Below are positions 11,001 through 24,900 of a DNA stretch of 64,000 bases, piece by piece. Numbering within the stretch: the stretch's first letter is position 1; each line of letters starts with the position of its first letter. The stretch comes from the human T2T-CHM13v2.0 reference genome, Homo sapiens, in NCBI RefSeq assembly GCF_009914755.1, contig NC_060947.1. One strand, 5' to 3'. The notes under the pieces are model-generated. The model was not told the origin of the DNA and did not search any database. It saw only the letters and a list, made by a program, of their open reading frames with translations. The position numbers and the translations under genes are program-made.

Positions 11001-14000
11001 AATGCAAACATCCCAAAGAAGTTTCTGAGAATGCTTCCGTTTAGCTTTTAGGTGAAGATTATCCCGTTTCCAACGAAACCTTCAAAGAGGTCCAAATATC
11101 CCCTTGTGGATCCCACAGAAAGAGTGTTTCGAAACTGCTGTTTCAAAAGGAATCTTCAACTCTGTGAGTTGAATGCAATCATCACAAAGAAGTTTCTGAC
11201 AATGCTTCTCTCTCGTCTTTCTGTGAAGATAAAGGAAAAGGCTTTCAGGCCTTTTCCACCACAGGCCTGAAAGCGCTCCAAATGTCCACTTGCAGATTCT
11301 GCCAAAAGAATATTTCAAAACTGCTCTATGAAAAGCAATGTTAAACTCTGTGGCTCGAACACAAACATCACAAAGCGGTTTCTGAGAATGCTTCAGTTTA
11401 GTTTTTCTGTGGAAATATTCCCGTTTCCAAAGAAATCTTCAAAGAGGTCCACGTATCCACTTACAGATTCTACAAAAAGACAGTTTCAAAACTGCTCCAT
11501 CAAAAGGAGGGTTCAACTGTGTGACTTGAATGCAATCATCACTCACAAGTTTCTGAGAATGCTTCTCTTTAGTTTTTAGGTGAACATATACCCGTTTCGA
11601 ACGAAGGCCAGCCAGTGGTCCAAATATCCACTTGCAGATTCTACAGAAAGAGTGTTTCGAACCTGAACTCTCAAAGGCAGGTTCATCTCTGCGAGTTAAA
11701 TGCATTCATCATGAAGAACTTTCTCAGAGTGTTTGTGTTTAGTTATGGGAAATTATTCCCGTTTCCAACGAAATCCTCAGAGAGCTCCAAATATCCACCT
11801 GCAGATTCTACCAAAAGTGTATTTGGAAACTGCTCCATCAAAAGGCATGTTCAGCTCTGTGAGTGAAACTCCATCATCACAAAGAATATTCTGAGAATGC
11901 TTCCGTTTGCCTTTTATATGAAGTTCCTTCCTATACGACCGTAGGCCTCAAAGCAGTCCAAATCTCCATTTGCAGATTCTACAAAAAGAGTGATTCCAAT
12001 CTGCTCTATCAATAGGATTGTTCAACTCCATGAGTTGAATGCCATCCTCACAAAGTAGTTTCTGAGAATGCTTCTATCTAGTTTTTATGTGAAGATATTT
12101 CCTTTTCCACCACAGGCCTCAAAGCCCTCCAAACGTCCACTTGCAGATTCTCGAAAAAGAGTGTTTCATAGCTGCTCTTTCAAAAGGAAAGTTCAACTCT
12201 GGGAGTTGAATACAAACATCACAAAGTAGTTTCCGAGAATGCTTCTGTTTAGTTTTTATGTGAAGATGATCCCGTTTCCAGTGAAATCTTCAAAGAGGTC
12301 CACATATCCCCTTGCAGATTCCAAAGAAAGAGGGTTTCAAAACTGCTCCATCAGAAGGATTGTTCAACTCTGTGAGTTGAATGCAGTCATCGCAGAAAAC
12401 TTTCTGAGAATGCTTCTGTCTAGGTTTGATGTGAAGATATAGACGTTTCAAACGAAGGCTACAAAGTGGTCAAAATATACACTTGCAGATTCTACTACAA
12501 GGGTGTTGCAAACCTGAACTATCAAAGGAAGGTTCAACTCTGTGAGTTGAATACAAACATCACAAAGAATGTTCTGAGTTTGCTTCCGTTCAGTTATGGG
12601 AAGTTGATCCCGTTTCCAACGAAATCCTCAGAGAGGTCCAAATATCCCCTTGCAGATTCTACAAAACGTGTGTTTGGAAACTGCTCCATCATAACGAATG
12701 TTCAGCTCCCTGAGTTAAACTCCATCGTCACAAAGAATTTTCTGAGAGTGCTACCGTCTGGTTTTTATATGAAGCTCTTTCCTTCACTACCACAGACCTC
12801 AAAGCGGTCCAAATCTCCACTTGCAGATTCTACAAAAAGAGTGTTTGCAAACTGCTCTATCAAAAGGAATGTTCAACTCTGGGAGTTGAATGCAATCATC
12901 ACAGAGCAGTTTCTGAGAATGCTTCTATGTCGTTTTTAGGAGAAGATATTTCCTTTTCCAACACAGTCCTCCAAGCCCGCTAAATAGCCACTTGCACATT
13001 GTAGAAAAAGTGTGTCAAAGCTGCGCTATCAAAGGGAAAGTTCAACTCTGTGAGGTGAATGCAAACATCCCAAAGAAGTTTCTGAGAATGCTTCCGTTTA
13101 GCTTTTAGGTGAAGATTATCCCGTTTCCAACGAAACCTTCAAAGAGGTCCAAATATCCCCTTGCGGATCCCACAGAAAGAGTGTTTCGAAACTGCTGTTT
13201 CAAAAGGAATCTTCAACTCTGTGAGTTGAATGCAATCATCACAAAGAAGTTTCTGACAATGCTTCTCTCTCGTCTTTCTGTGAAGATAAAGGAAAAGGCT
13301 TTCAGGCCTTTTCCACCACAGGCCTGAAAGCGCTCCAAATGTCCACTTGCAGATTCTGCGAAAAGAATATTTCAAAACTGCTCTATGAAAAGCAATGTTA
13401 AACTCTGTGGCTCGAACACAAACATCAAAAAGCGGTTTCTGAGAATGCTTCAGTTTAGTTTTTCTGTGGAAATATTCCCGTTTCCAAAGAAATCTTCAAA
13501 GAGGTCCACGTATCCACTAACAGATTCTACAAAAAGACAGTTTCAAAACTGCTCCATCAAAAGGAGGGTTCAACTGTGTGACTTGAATGCAATCATCACT
13601 CACAAGTTTCTGAGAATGCTTCTCTTTAGTTTTTACGTGAACATATACCCGTTTCGAACGAAGGCCAGCCAGTGGTCCAAATATCCACTTGCAGATTCTA
13701 CAGAAAGAGTGTTTCGAACCTGAACTCTCAAAGGCAGGTTCATCTCTGCGAGTTAAATGCATTCATCATGAAGAACTTTCTCAGAGTGTTTGTGTTTAGT
13801 TATGGGAAATTATTCCCGTTTCCAACGAAATCCTCAGAGAGCTCCAAATATCCACCTGCAGATTCTACCAAAAGTGTATTTGGAAACTGCTCCATCAAAA
13901 GGCATGTTCAGCTCTGTGAGTGAAACTCCATCATCACAAAGAATATTCTGAGAATGCTTCCGTTTGCCTTTTATATGAAGTTCCTTCCTATACGACCGTA

Positions 14001-17000
14001 GGCCTCAAAGCAGTCCAAATCTCCATTTGCAGATTCTACAAAAAGAGTGATTCCAATCTGCTCTATCAATAGGATTGTTCAACTCCATGAGTTGAATGCC
14101 ATCCTCACAAAGTAGTTTCTGAGAATGCTTCTATCTAGTTTTTATGTGAAGATATTTCCTTTTCCACCACAGGCCTCAAAGCCCTCCAAACGTCCACTTG
14201 CAGATTCTCGAAAAAGAGTGTTTCATAGCTGCTCTTTCAAAAGGAAAGTTCAACTCTGGAAGTTGAATACAAACATCACAAAGTAGTTTCCGAGAATGCT
14301 TCTGTTTAGTTTTTATGTGAAGATGATCCCGTTTCCAGTGAAATCTTCAAAGAGGTCCACATATCCCCTTGCAGATTCCAAAGAAAGAGGGTTTCAAAAC
14401 TGCTCCATCAGAAGGATTGTTCAACTCTGTGAGTTGAATGCAGTCATCGCAGAAAACTTTCTGAGAATGCTTCTGTCTAGGTTTGATGTGAAGATATAGA
14501 CGTTTCAAACGAAGGCTACAAAGTGGTCAAAATATACACTTGCAGATTCTACTACAAGGGTGTTGCAAACCTGAACTATCAAAGGAAGGTTCAACTCTGT
14601 GAGTTGAATACAAACATCACAAAGAATGTTCTGAGTTTGCTTCCGTTCAGTTATGGGAAGTTGATCCCGTTTCCAACGAAATCCTCAGAGAGGTCCAAAT
14701 ATCCCCTTGCAGATTCTACAAAACGTGTGTTTGGAAACTGCTCCATCATAACGAATGTTCAGCTCCCTGAGTTAAACTCCATCGTCACAAAGAATTTTCT
14801 GAGAGTGCTACCGTCTGGTTTTTATATGAAGCTCTTTCCTTCACTACCACAGACCTCAAAGCGGTCCAAATCTCCACTTGCAGATTCTACAAAAAGAGTG
14901 TTTGCAAACTGCTCTATCAAAAGGAATGTTCAACTCTGGGAGTTGAATGCAATCATCACAGAGCAGTTTCTGAGAATGCTTCTATGTCGTTTTTAGGAGA
15001 AGATATTTCCTTTTCCAACACAGTCCTCCAAGCCCGCTAAATAGCCACTTGCACATTGTAGAAAAAGTGTGTCAAAGCTGCGCTATCAAAGGGAAAGTTC
15101 AACTCTGTGAGGTGAATGCAAACATCCCAAAGAAGTTTCTGAGAATGCTTCCGTTTAGCTTTTAGGTGAAGATTATCCCGTTTCCAACGAAACCTTCAAA
15201 GAGGTCCAAATATCCCCTTGCGGATCCCACAGAAAGAGTGTTTCGAAACTGCTGTTTCAAAAGGAATCTTCAACTCTGTGAGTTGAATGCAATCATCACA
15301 AAGAAGTTTCTGACAATGCTTCTCTCTCGTCTTTCTGTGAAGATAAAGGAAAAGGCTTTCAGGCCTTTTCCACCACAGGCCTGAAAGCGCTCCAAATGTC
15401 CACTTGCAGATTCTGCGAAAAGAATATTTCAAAACTGCTCTATGAAAAGCAATGTTAAACTCTGTGGCTCGAACACAAACATCACAAAGCAGTTTCTGAG
15501 AATGCTTCAGTTTAGTTTTTCTGTGGAAATATTCCCGTTTCCAAAGAAATCTTCAAAGAGGTCCACGTATCCACTTACAGATTCTACAAAAAGACAGTTT
15601 CAAAACTGCTCCATCAAAAGGAGGGTTCAACTGTGTGACTTGAATGCAATCATCACTCAGAAGTTTCTGAGAATGCTTCTCTTTAGTTTTTACGTGAACA
15701 TATACCCGTTTCGAACGAAGGCCAGCCAGTGGTCCAAATATCCACTTGCAGATTCTACAGAAAGAGTGTTTCGAACCTGAACTCTCAAAGGCAGGTTCAT
15801 CTCTGCGAGTTAAATGCATTCATCATGAAGAACTTTCTCAGAGTGTTTTTGTTTAGTTATGGGAAATTATTCCCGTTTCCAACGAAATCCTCAGAGAGCT
15901 CCAAATATCCACCTGCAGATTCTACCAAAAGTGTATTTGGAAACTGCTCCATCAAAAGGCATGTTCAGCTCTGTGAGTGAAACTCCATCATCACAAAGAA
16001 TATTCTGAGAATGCTTCCGTTTGCCTTTTATATGAAGTTCCTTCCTATACGACCGTAGGCCTCAAAGCAGTCCAAATCTCCATTTGCAGATTCTACAAAA
16101 AGAGTGATTCCAATCTGCTCTATCAATAGGATTGTTCAACTCCATGAGTTGAATGCCATCCTCACAAAGTCGTTTCTGAGAATGCTTCTATCTAGTTTTT
16201 ATGTGAAGATATTTCCTTTTCCACCACAGGCCTCAAAGCCCTCCAAACGTCCACTTGCAGATTCTCGAAAAAGAGTGTTTCATAGCTGCTCTTTCAAAAG
16301 GAAAGTTCAACTCTGGGAGTTGAATACAAACATCACAAAGTAGTTTCCGAGAATGCTTCTGTTTAGTTTTTATGTGAAGATGATCCCGTTTCCAGTGAAA
16401 TCTTCAAAGAGGTCCACATATCCCCTTGCAGATTCCAAAGAAAGAGGGTTTCAAAACTGCTCCATCAGAAGGATTGTTCAACTCTGTGAGTTGAATGCAG
16501 TCATCGCAGAAAACTTTCTGAGAATGCTTCTGTCTAGGTTTGATGTGAAGATATAGACGTTTCAAACGAAGGCTACAAAGTGGTCAAAATATATACTTGC
16601 AGATTCTACTACAAGGGTGTTGCAAACCTGAACTATCAAAGGAAGGTTCAACTCTGTGAGTTGAATACAAACATCACAAAGAATGTTCTGAGTTTGCTTC
16701 CGTTCAGTTATGGGAAGTTGATCCCGTTTCCAACGAAATCCTCAGAGAGGTCCAAATATCCCCTTGCAGATTCTACAAAACGTGTGTTTGGAAACTGCTC
16801 CATCATAACGAATGTTCAGCTCCCTGAGTTAAACTCCATCGTCACAAAGAATTTTCTGAGAGTGCTACCGTCTGGTTTTTGTATGAAGCTCTTTCCTTCA
16901 CTACCACAGACCTCAAAGCGGTCCAAATCTCCACTTGCAGATTCTACAAAAAGAGTGTTTGCAAACTGCTCTATCAAAAGGAATGTTCAACTCTGGGAGT

Positions 17001-20000
17001 TGAATGCAATCATCACAGAGCAGTTTCTGAGAATGCTTCTATGTCGTTTTTAGGAGAAGATATTTCCTTTTCCAACACAGTCCTCCAAGCCCGCTCAATA
17101 GCCACTTGCACATTGTAGAAAAAGTGTGTCAAAGCTGCGCTATCAAAGGGAAAGTTCAACTCTGTGAGGTGAATGCAAACATCCCAAAGAAGTTTCTGAG
17201 AATGCTTCCGTTTAGCTTTTAGGTGAAGGTTATCCCGTTTCCAACGAAACCTTCAAAGAGGTCCAAATATCCCCTTGCGGATCCCACAGAAAGAGTGTTT
17301 CGAAACTGCTGTTTCAAAAGGAATCTTCAACTCTGTGAGTTGAATGCAATCATCACAAAGAAGTTTCTGACAATGCTTCTCTCTCGTCTTTCTGTGAAGA
17401 TAAAGGAAAAGGCTTTCAGGCCTTTTCCACCACAGGCCTGAAAGCGCTCCAAATGTCCACTTGCAGATTCTGCGAAAAGAATATTTCAAAACTGCTCTAT
17501 GAAAAGCAATGTTAAACTCTGTGGCTCGAACACAAACATCACAAAGCGGTTTCTGAGAATGCTTCAGTTTAGTTTTTCTCTGGAAATATTCCCGTTTCCA
17601 AAGAAATCTTCAAAGAGGTCCACGTATCCACTTACAGATTCTACAAAAAGACAGTTTCAAAACTGCTCCATCAAAAGGAGGGTTCAACTGTGTTACTTGA
17701 ATGCAATCATCACTCAGAAGTTTCTGAGAATGCTTCTCTTTAGTTTTTACGTGAACATATAGCCGTTTCGAACGAAGGCCAGCCAGTGGTCCAAATATCC
17801 ACTTGCAGATTCTACAAAAAGAGTGTTTCGAACCTGAACTCTCAAAGGCAGGTTCATCTCTGCGAGTTAAATGCATTCATCATGAAGAACTTTCTCAGAG
17901 TGTTTGTGTTTAGTTATGGGAAATTATTCCCGTTTCCAACGAAATCCTCAGAGAGCTCCAAATATCCACCTGCAGATTCTACCAAAAGTGTATTTGGAAA
18001 CTGCTCCATCAAAAGGCATGTTCAGCTCTGTGAGTGAAACTCCATCATCACAAAGAATATTCTGAGAATGCTTCCGTTTGCCTTTTATATGAAGTTCCTT
18101 CCTATACGACCGTAGGCCTCAAAGCAGTCCAAATCTCCATTTGCAGATTCTACAAAAAGAGTGATTCCAATCTGCTCTATCAATAGGATTGTTCAACTCC
18201 ATGAGTTGAATGCCATCCTCACAAAGTCGTTTCTGAGAATGCTTCTATCTAGTTTTTACGTGAAGATATTTCCTTTTCCAGCACAGGCCTCAAAGCCCTC
18301 CAAACGTCCACTTGCAGATTCTCGAAAAAGAGTGTTTCATAGCTGCTCTTTCAAAAGGAAAGTTCAACTCTGGGAGTTGAATACAAACATCACAAAGTAG
18401 TTTCCGAGAATGCTTCTGTTTAGTTTTTATGTGAAGATGATCCCGTTTCCAGTGAAATCTTCAAAGAGGTCCACATATCCCCTTGCAGATTCCAAAGAAA
18501 GAGGGTTTCAAAACTGCTCCATCAGAAGGATTGTTCAACTCTGTGAGTTGAATGCAGTCATCGCAGAAAACTTTCTGAGAATGCTTCTGTCTAGGTTTGA
18601 TGTGAAGATATAGACGTTTCAAACGAAGGCTACAAAGTGGTCAAAATATACACTTGCAGATTCTACTACAAGGGTGTTGCAAACCTGAACTATCAAAGGA
18701 AGGTTCAACTCTGTGAGTTGAATACAAACATCACAAAGAATGTTCTGAGTTTGCTTCCGTTCAGTTATGGGAAGTTGATCCCGTTTCCAACGAAATCCTC
18801 AGAGAGGTCCAAATATCCCCTTGCAGATTCTACAAAACATGTGTTTGGAAACTGCTCCATCATAAGGAATGTTCAGCTCCCTGAGTTAAACTCCATCGTC
18901 ACAAAGAATTTTCTGAGAGTGCTACCGTCTGGTTTTTATATGAAGCTCTTTCCTTTACTACCACAGGCCTCAAAGCGGTCCAAATCTCCACTTGCAGATT
19001 CTACAAAAAGTGTTTGCAAACTGCTCTATCAAAAGGAATGTTCAACTCTGGGAGTTGAATGCAATCATCACAGAGCAGTTTCTGAGAATGCTTCTATGTC
19101 GTTTTTAGGAGAAGATATTTCCTTTTCCAACACAGTCCTCCAAGCCCGCTAAATATCCACTTGCACATTGTAGAAAAAGTGTGTCAAAGCTGCGCTATCA
19201 AAGGGAAAGTTCAACTCTGTGAGGAGAGTGAAAACATCCCAAAGAAGTTTCTGAGAATGCTTCCGTTTACCTTTTAGGTGAAGATTATCCCGTTTCCAAC
19301 GAAACCTTTAAAGAGGTCCAAATATCCCCTTGCGGATCCCACAGAAAGAGTGTTTCGAAACTGCTGTTTCAAAAGGAATCTTCAACTCTGTGAGTTGAAT
19401 GCAATCATCACAAAGAAGTTTCTGACAATGCTTCTCTCTCGTCTTTCTGTGAAGTTAAAGGAGAAGGCTTTCAGGCCTTTTCCACCACAGGCCTGAAAGC
19501 GCTCTAAATGTCCACTTGCAGATTCTGCCAAAAGAATATTTCAAAACTGCTCTATGAAAAGCAATGTTAAACTCTGTGGCTCGAACACAAACATCACAAA
19601 GCAGTTTCTGAGAATGCTTCAGTTTAGTTTTTCTGTGGAAATATTCCCGTTTCCAAAGAAATCTTCAAAGAGGTCCACGTATCCACTTACAGATTCTACA
19701 AAAAGACAGTTTCAAAACTGCTCAATCAAAAGGAGGGTTCAACTGTGTGACTTGAATGCAATCATCACTCAGAAGTTTCTGAGAATGCTTCTCTTTAGTT
19801 TTTACGTGAACATATACTCGTTTCGAACGAAGGCCACCCAGTGGTCCAAATATCCACTTGCAGATTCTACAGAAAGAGTGTTTCGAATCTGAACTCTCAA
19901 AGGCAGGTTCATCTCTGCGAGTTAAATGCATTCATCATGAAGAACTTTCTCAGCATGTTTGTGTTTAGTTATGGGAAATTATTCCCGTTTCCAACGAAAT

Positions 20001-20599
20001 CCTCACAGAGGTCCAAATATCCACCTGCAGATTCTACCAAAAGTGTATTTGGAAACTGCTCCATCAAAAGGCATGTTCAGCTCTGTGAGTGAAACCCCAT
20101 CATCACAAAGAATATTCTGAGAATGCTTCCGTTTGCCTTTTATATGAAGTTCCTTCCTATACGACCGTAGGCCTCAAAGCAGTCCAAATCTCCATTTGCA
20201 GATTCTACAAAAAGAGTGATTCCAATCTGCTCTATCAATAGGATTGTTCAACTCCATGAGTTGAATGCCATCCTCACAAAGTCGTTTCTGAGAATGCTTC
20301 TATCTAGTTTTTACGTGAAGATATTTCCTTTTCCAGCACAGGCCTCAAAGCCCTCCAAACGTCCACTTGCAGATTCTCGAAAAAGAGTGTTTCATAGCTG
20401 CTCTTTCAAAAGGAAAGTTCAACTCTGGGAGTTGAATACAAACATCACAAAGTAGTTTCCGAGAATGCTTCTGTTTAGTTCTTATGTGAAGATGATCCCG
20501 TTTCCAGTGAAATCTTCAAAGAGGTCCACATATCCCCTTGCAGATTCCAAAGAAAGAGGGTTTCAAAACTGCTCCATCAGAAGGATTGTTCAACTCTGT

Positions 20600-23500
20600 G
20601 AGTTGAATGCAGTCATCGCAGAAAACTTTCTGAGAATGCTTCTGTCTAGGTTTGATGTGAAGATATAGACGTTTCAAACGAAGGCTACAAAGTGGTCAAA
20701 ATATACACTTGCAGATTCTACTACAAGGGTGTTGCAAACCTGAACTATCAAAGGAAGGTTCAACTCTGTGAGTTGAATACAAACATCACAAAGAATGTTC
20801 TGAGTTTGCTTCCGTTCAGTTATGGGAAGTTGATCCCGTTTCCAACGAAATCCTCAGAGAAGTCCAAATATCCCCTTGCAGATTCTACAAAACGTGTGTT
20901 TGGAGACTGCTCCATCATAACGAATGTTCAGCTCTCTGAGTTAAACTCCATCGTCACAAAGAATTTTCTGAGAGTGCTACCGTCTAGTTTTTATATGAAG
21001 TTCTTTCCTTTACTACCACAGGCCTCAAAGCGGTCCAAATCTCCACTTGCAGATTCTACAAAAAGAGTGTTTGCAAACTGCTCTATCAAAAGGAATGTTC
21101 AACTCTGGGAGTTGAATGCAATCATCACAGAGCAGTTTCTGAGAATGCTTCTATGTCGTTTTTAGGAGAAGATATTTCCTTTTCCAACACAGTCCTCCAA
21201 GCCCGCTAAATATCCACTTGCACATTGTAGAAAAAATGTGTCAAAGCTGCGCTATCAAAGGGAAAGTTCAACTCTGAGAGGTGAATGCAAACATCCCAAA
21301 GAAGTTTCTGAGAATGCTTCCGTTTAGCTTTTAGGTGAAGATTATCCCGTTTCCAACGAAATCTTCAAAGAGGTCCAAATATCCCCTTGTGGATCCCACA
21401 GAAAGAGTGTTTCGAAACTGCTGTTTCAAAAGGAATCTTCAACTCTGTGAGTTGAATGCAATCATCACAAAGAAGTTTCTGACAATGCTTCTCTCTCGTC
21501 TTTCTGTGAAGATAAAGGAAAAGGGTTTCAGGCCTTTTCCACCACAGGTCTGAAAGCGCTCCAAATGTCCACTTGCAGATTCTGCGAAAAGAATATTTCA
21601 AAACTGCTCTATGAAAAGCAATGTTAAACTCTGTGGCTCGAACACAAACATCACAAAGCAGTTTCTGAGAATGCTTCAGTTTATTTTTTCTGTGGAAATA
21701 TTCCCGTTTCCAAAGAAATCTTCAAAGAGGTCCACGTATCCACTTACAGATTCTACAAAAAGACAGTTTCAAAACTGCTCAATCAAAAGGAGGGTTCAAC
21801 TGTGTGACTTGAATGCAATCATCACTCAGAAGTTTCTGAGAATGCTTCTCTTTAGTTTTTACGTGAACATATACTCGTTTCGAACGAAGGCCACCCAGTG
21901 GTCCAAATATCCACTTGCAGATTCTACAGAAAGAGTGTTTCGAACCTGAACTCTCAAAGGCAGGTTCATCTCTGCGAGTTAAATGCATTCGTCACGAAGA
22001 ACTTTCTCAGAGTGTTTGTGTTTAGGTATGGGAAATTATTCCCGTTTCCAACGAAATCCTCAGAGAGGTCCAAATATCCACCTGCAGATTCTACCAAAAG
22101 TGTATTTGGAAAGTGCTCCATCAAAAGGCATGTTCAGCTCTGTGAGTGAAACTCCATCATCACAAAGAATATTCTGAGAATGCTTCCGTTTGCCTTTTAG
22201 ATGAAGTTCCTTCCTGTACTACCGTAGGCCTCAAAGCAGTCCAAATCTCCATTTGCAGATTCTACAAAAAGAGTGATTCCAATCTGCTCTATCAATAGGA
22301 TTGTTCAACTCCATGAGTTGAAGGCCATCCTCACAACGTAGTTTCTGAGAATGCTTCTATCTAGTTTTTATGTGAAGATATTTCCTTTTCCACCACAGGC
22401 CTCAAAGCCCTCCAAACGTCCCCTTGCAGATTCTCGAAAAAGAGTGTTTCATAGCTGCTCTTTCAAAAGGAAAGTTCAACTCTGGGAGTTGAATACAAAC
22501 ATCACAAAGTAGTTTCCGAGAATGCTTCTGTTTAGTTTTTATGTGAAGATGATCCCGTTTCCAGTGAAATCTTCAAAGAGGTCCACATATCCCCTTGCAG
22601 ATTCCAAAGAAATAGGGTTTCAAAACTGCTCAATCAGAAGGATTGTTCAACTCTGTGAGTTGAATGCAGTCATCGCAGAAAACTTTCTGAGAATGCTTCT
22701 GTCTAGGTTTGATGTGAAGATATAGACGTTTCAAACGAAGGCTACAAAGTGGTCAAAATATACACTTGCAGATTCTACTACAAGGGTGTTGCAAACCTGA
22801 ACTATCAAAGGAAGGTTCAACTCTGTGAGTTGAATACAAACATCACAAAGAATGTTCTGAGTTTGCTTCCGTTCAGTTATGGGAAGTTGATCCCGTTTCC
22901 AACGAAATCCTCAGAGAAGTCCAAATATCCCCTTGCAGATTCTACAAAACGTGTGTTTGGAGACTGCTCCATCATAACGAATGTTCAGCTCTCTGAGTTA
23001 AACTCCATCGTCACAAAGAATTTTCTGAGAGTGCTACCGTCTAGTTTTTATATGAAGTTCTTTCCTTTACTACCACAGGCCTCAAAGCGGTCCAAATCTC
23101 CACTTGCAGATTCTACAAAAAGAGTGTTTGCAAACTGCTCTATCAAAAGGAATGTTCAACTCTGGGAGTTGAATGCAATCATCACAGAGCAGTTTCTGAG
23201 AATGCTTCTATGTCGTTTTTAGGAGAAGATATTTCCTTTTCCAACACAGTCCTCCAAGCCCGCTAAATATCCACTTGCACATTGTAGAAAAAATGTGTCA
23301 AAGCTGCGCTATCAAAGGGAAAGTTCAACTCTGAGAGGTGAATGCAAACATCCCAAAGAAGTTTCTGAGAATGCTTCCGTTTAGCTTTTAGGTGAAGATT
23401 ATCCCGTTTCCAACGAAATCTTCAAAGAGGTCCAAATATCCCCTTGTGGATCCCACAGAAAGAGTGTTTCGAAACTGCTGTTTCAAAAGGAATCTTCAAC

Positions 23501-24900
23501 TCTGTGAGTTGAATGCAATCATCACAAAGAAGTTTCTGACAATGCTTCTCTCTCGTCTTTCTGTGAAGATAAAGGAAAAGGGTTTCAGGCCTTTTCCACC
23601 ACAGGTCTGAAAGCGCTCCAAATGTCCACTTGCAGATTCTGCGAAAAGAATATTTCAAAACTGCTCTATGAAAAGCAATGTTAAACTCTGTGGCTCGAAC
23701 ACAAACATCACAAAGCAGTTTCTGAGAATGCTTCAGTTTATTTTTTCTGTGGAAATATTCCCGTTTCCAAAGAAATCTTCAAAGAGGTCCACGTATCCAC
23801 TTACAGATTCTACAAAAAGACAGTTTCAAAACTGCTCAATCAAAAGGAGGGTTCAACTGTGTGACTTGAATGCAATCATCACTCAGAAGTTTCTGAGAAT
23901 GCTTCTCTTTAGTTTTTACGTGAACATATACTCGTTTCGAACGAAGGCCACCCAGTGGTCCAAATATCCACTTGCAGATTCTACAGAAAGAGTGTTTCGA
24001 ACCTGAACTCTCAAAGGCAGGTTCATCTCTGCGAGTTAAATGCATTCGTCACGAAGAACTTTCTCAGAGTGTTTGTGTTTAGGTATGGGAAATTATTCCC
24101 GTTTCCAACGAAATCCTCAGAGAGGTCCAAATATCCACCTGCAGATTCTACCAAAAGTGTATTTGGAAAGTGCTCCATCAAAAGGCATGTTCAGCTCTGT
24201 GAGTGAAACTCCATCATCACAAAGAATATTCTGAGAATGCTTCCGTTTGCCTTTTAGATGAAGTTCCTTCCTGTACTACCGTAGGCCTCAAAGCAGTCCA
24301 AATCTCCATTTGCAGATTCTACAAAAAGAGTGATTCCAATCTGCTCTATCAATAGGATTGTTCAACTCCATGAGTTGAAGGCCATCCTCACAACGTAGTT
24401 TCTGAGAATGCTTCTATCTAGTTTTTATGTGAAGATATTTCCTTTTCCACCACAGGCCTCAAAGCCCTCCAAACGTCCCCTTGCAGATTCTCGAAAAAGA
24501 GTGTTTCATAGCTGCTCTTTCAAAAGGAAAGTTCAACTCTGGGAGTTGAATACAAACATCACAAAGTAGTTTCCGAGAATGCTTCTGTTTAGTTTTTATG
24601 TGAAGATGATCCCGTTTCCAGTGAAATCTTCAAAGAGGTCCACATATCCCCTTGCAGATTCCAAAGAAATAGGGTTTCAAAACTGCTCAATCAGAAGGAT
24701 TGTTCAACTCTGTGAGTTGAATGCAGTCATCGCAGAAAACTTTCTGAGAATGCTTCTGTCTAGGTTTGATGTGAAGATATAGACGTTTCAAACGAAGGCT
24801 ACAAAGTGGTCAAAATATACACTTGCAGATTCTACTACAAGGGTGTTGCAAACCTGAACTATCAAAGGAAGGTTCAACTCTGTGAGTTGAATACAAACAT
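20600..24900. repeat. Recent tandem duplication of one divergent HOR (HOR11 = HOR12)
   Basis: About 20 rare SNVs recur at an exact +2,057 offset, and the ORF translations at 20692/22749, 21335/23392, 21898/23955 and 22522/24579 are identical. Boundaries are approximate. Confidence 0.9.
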
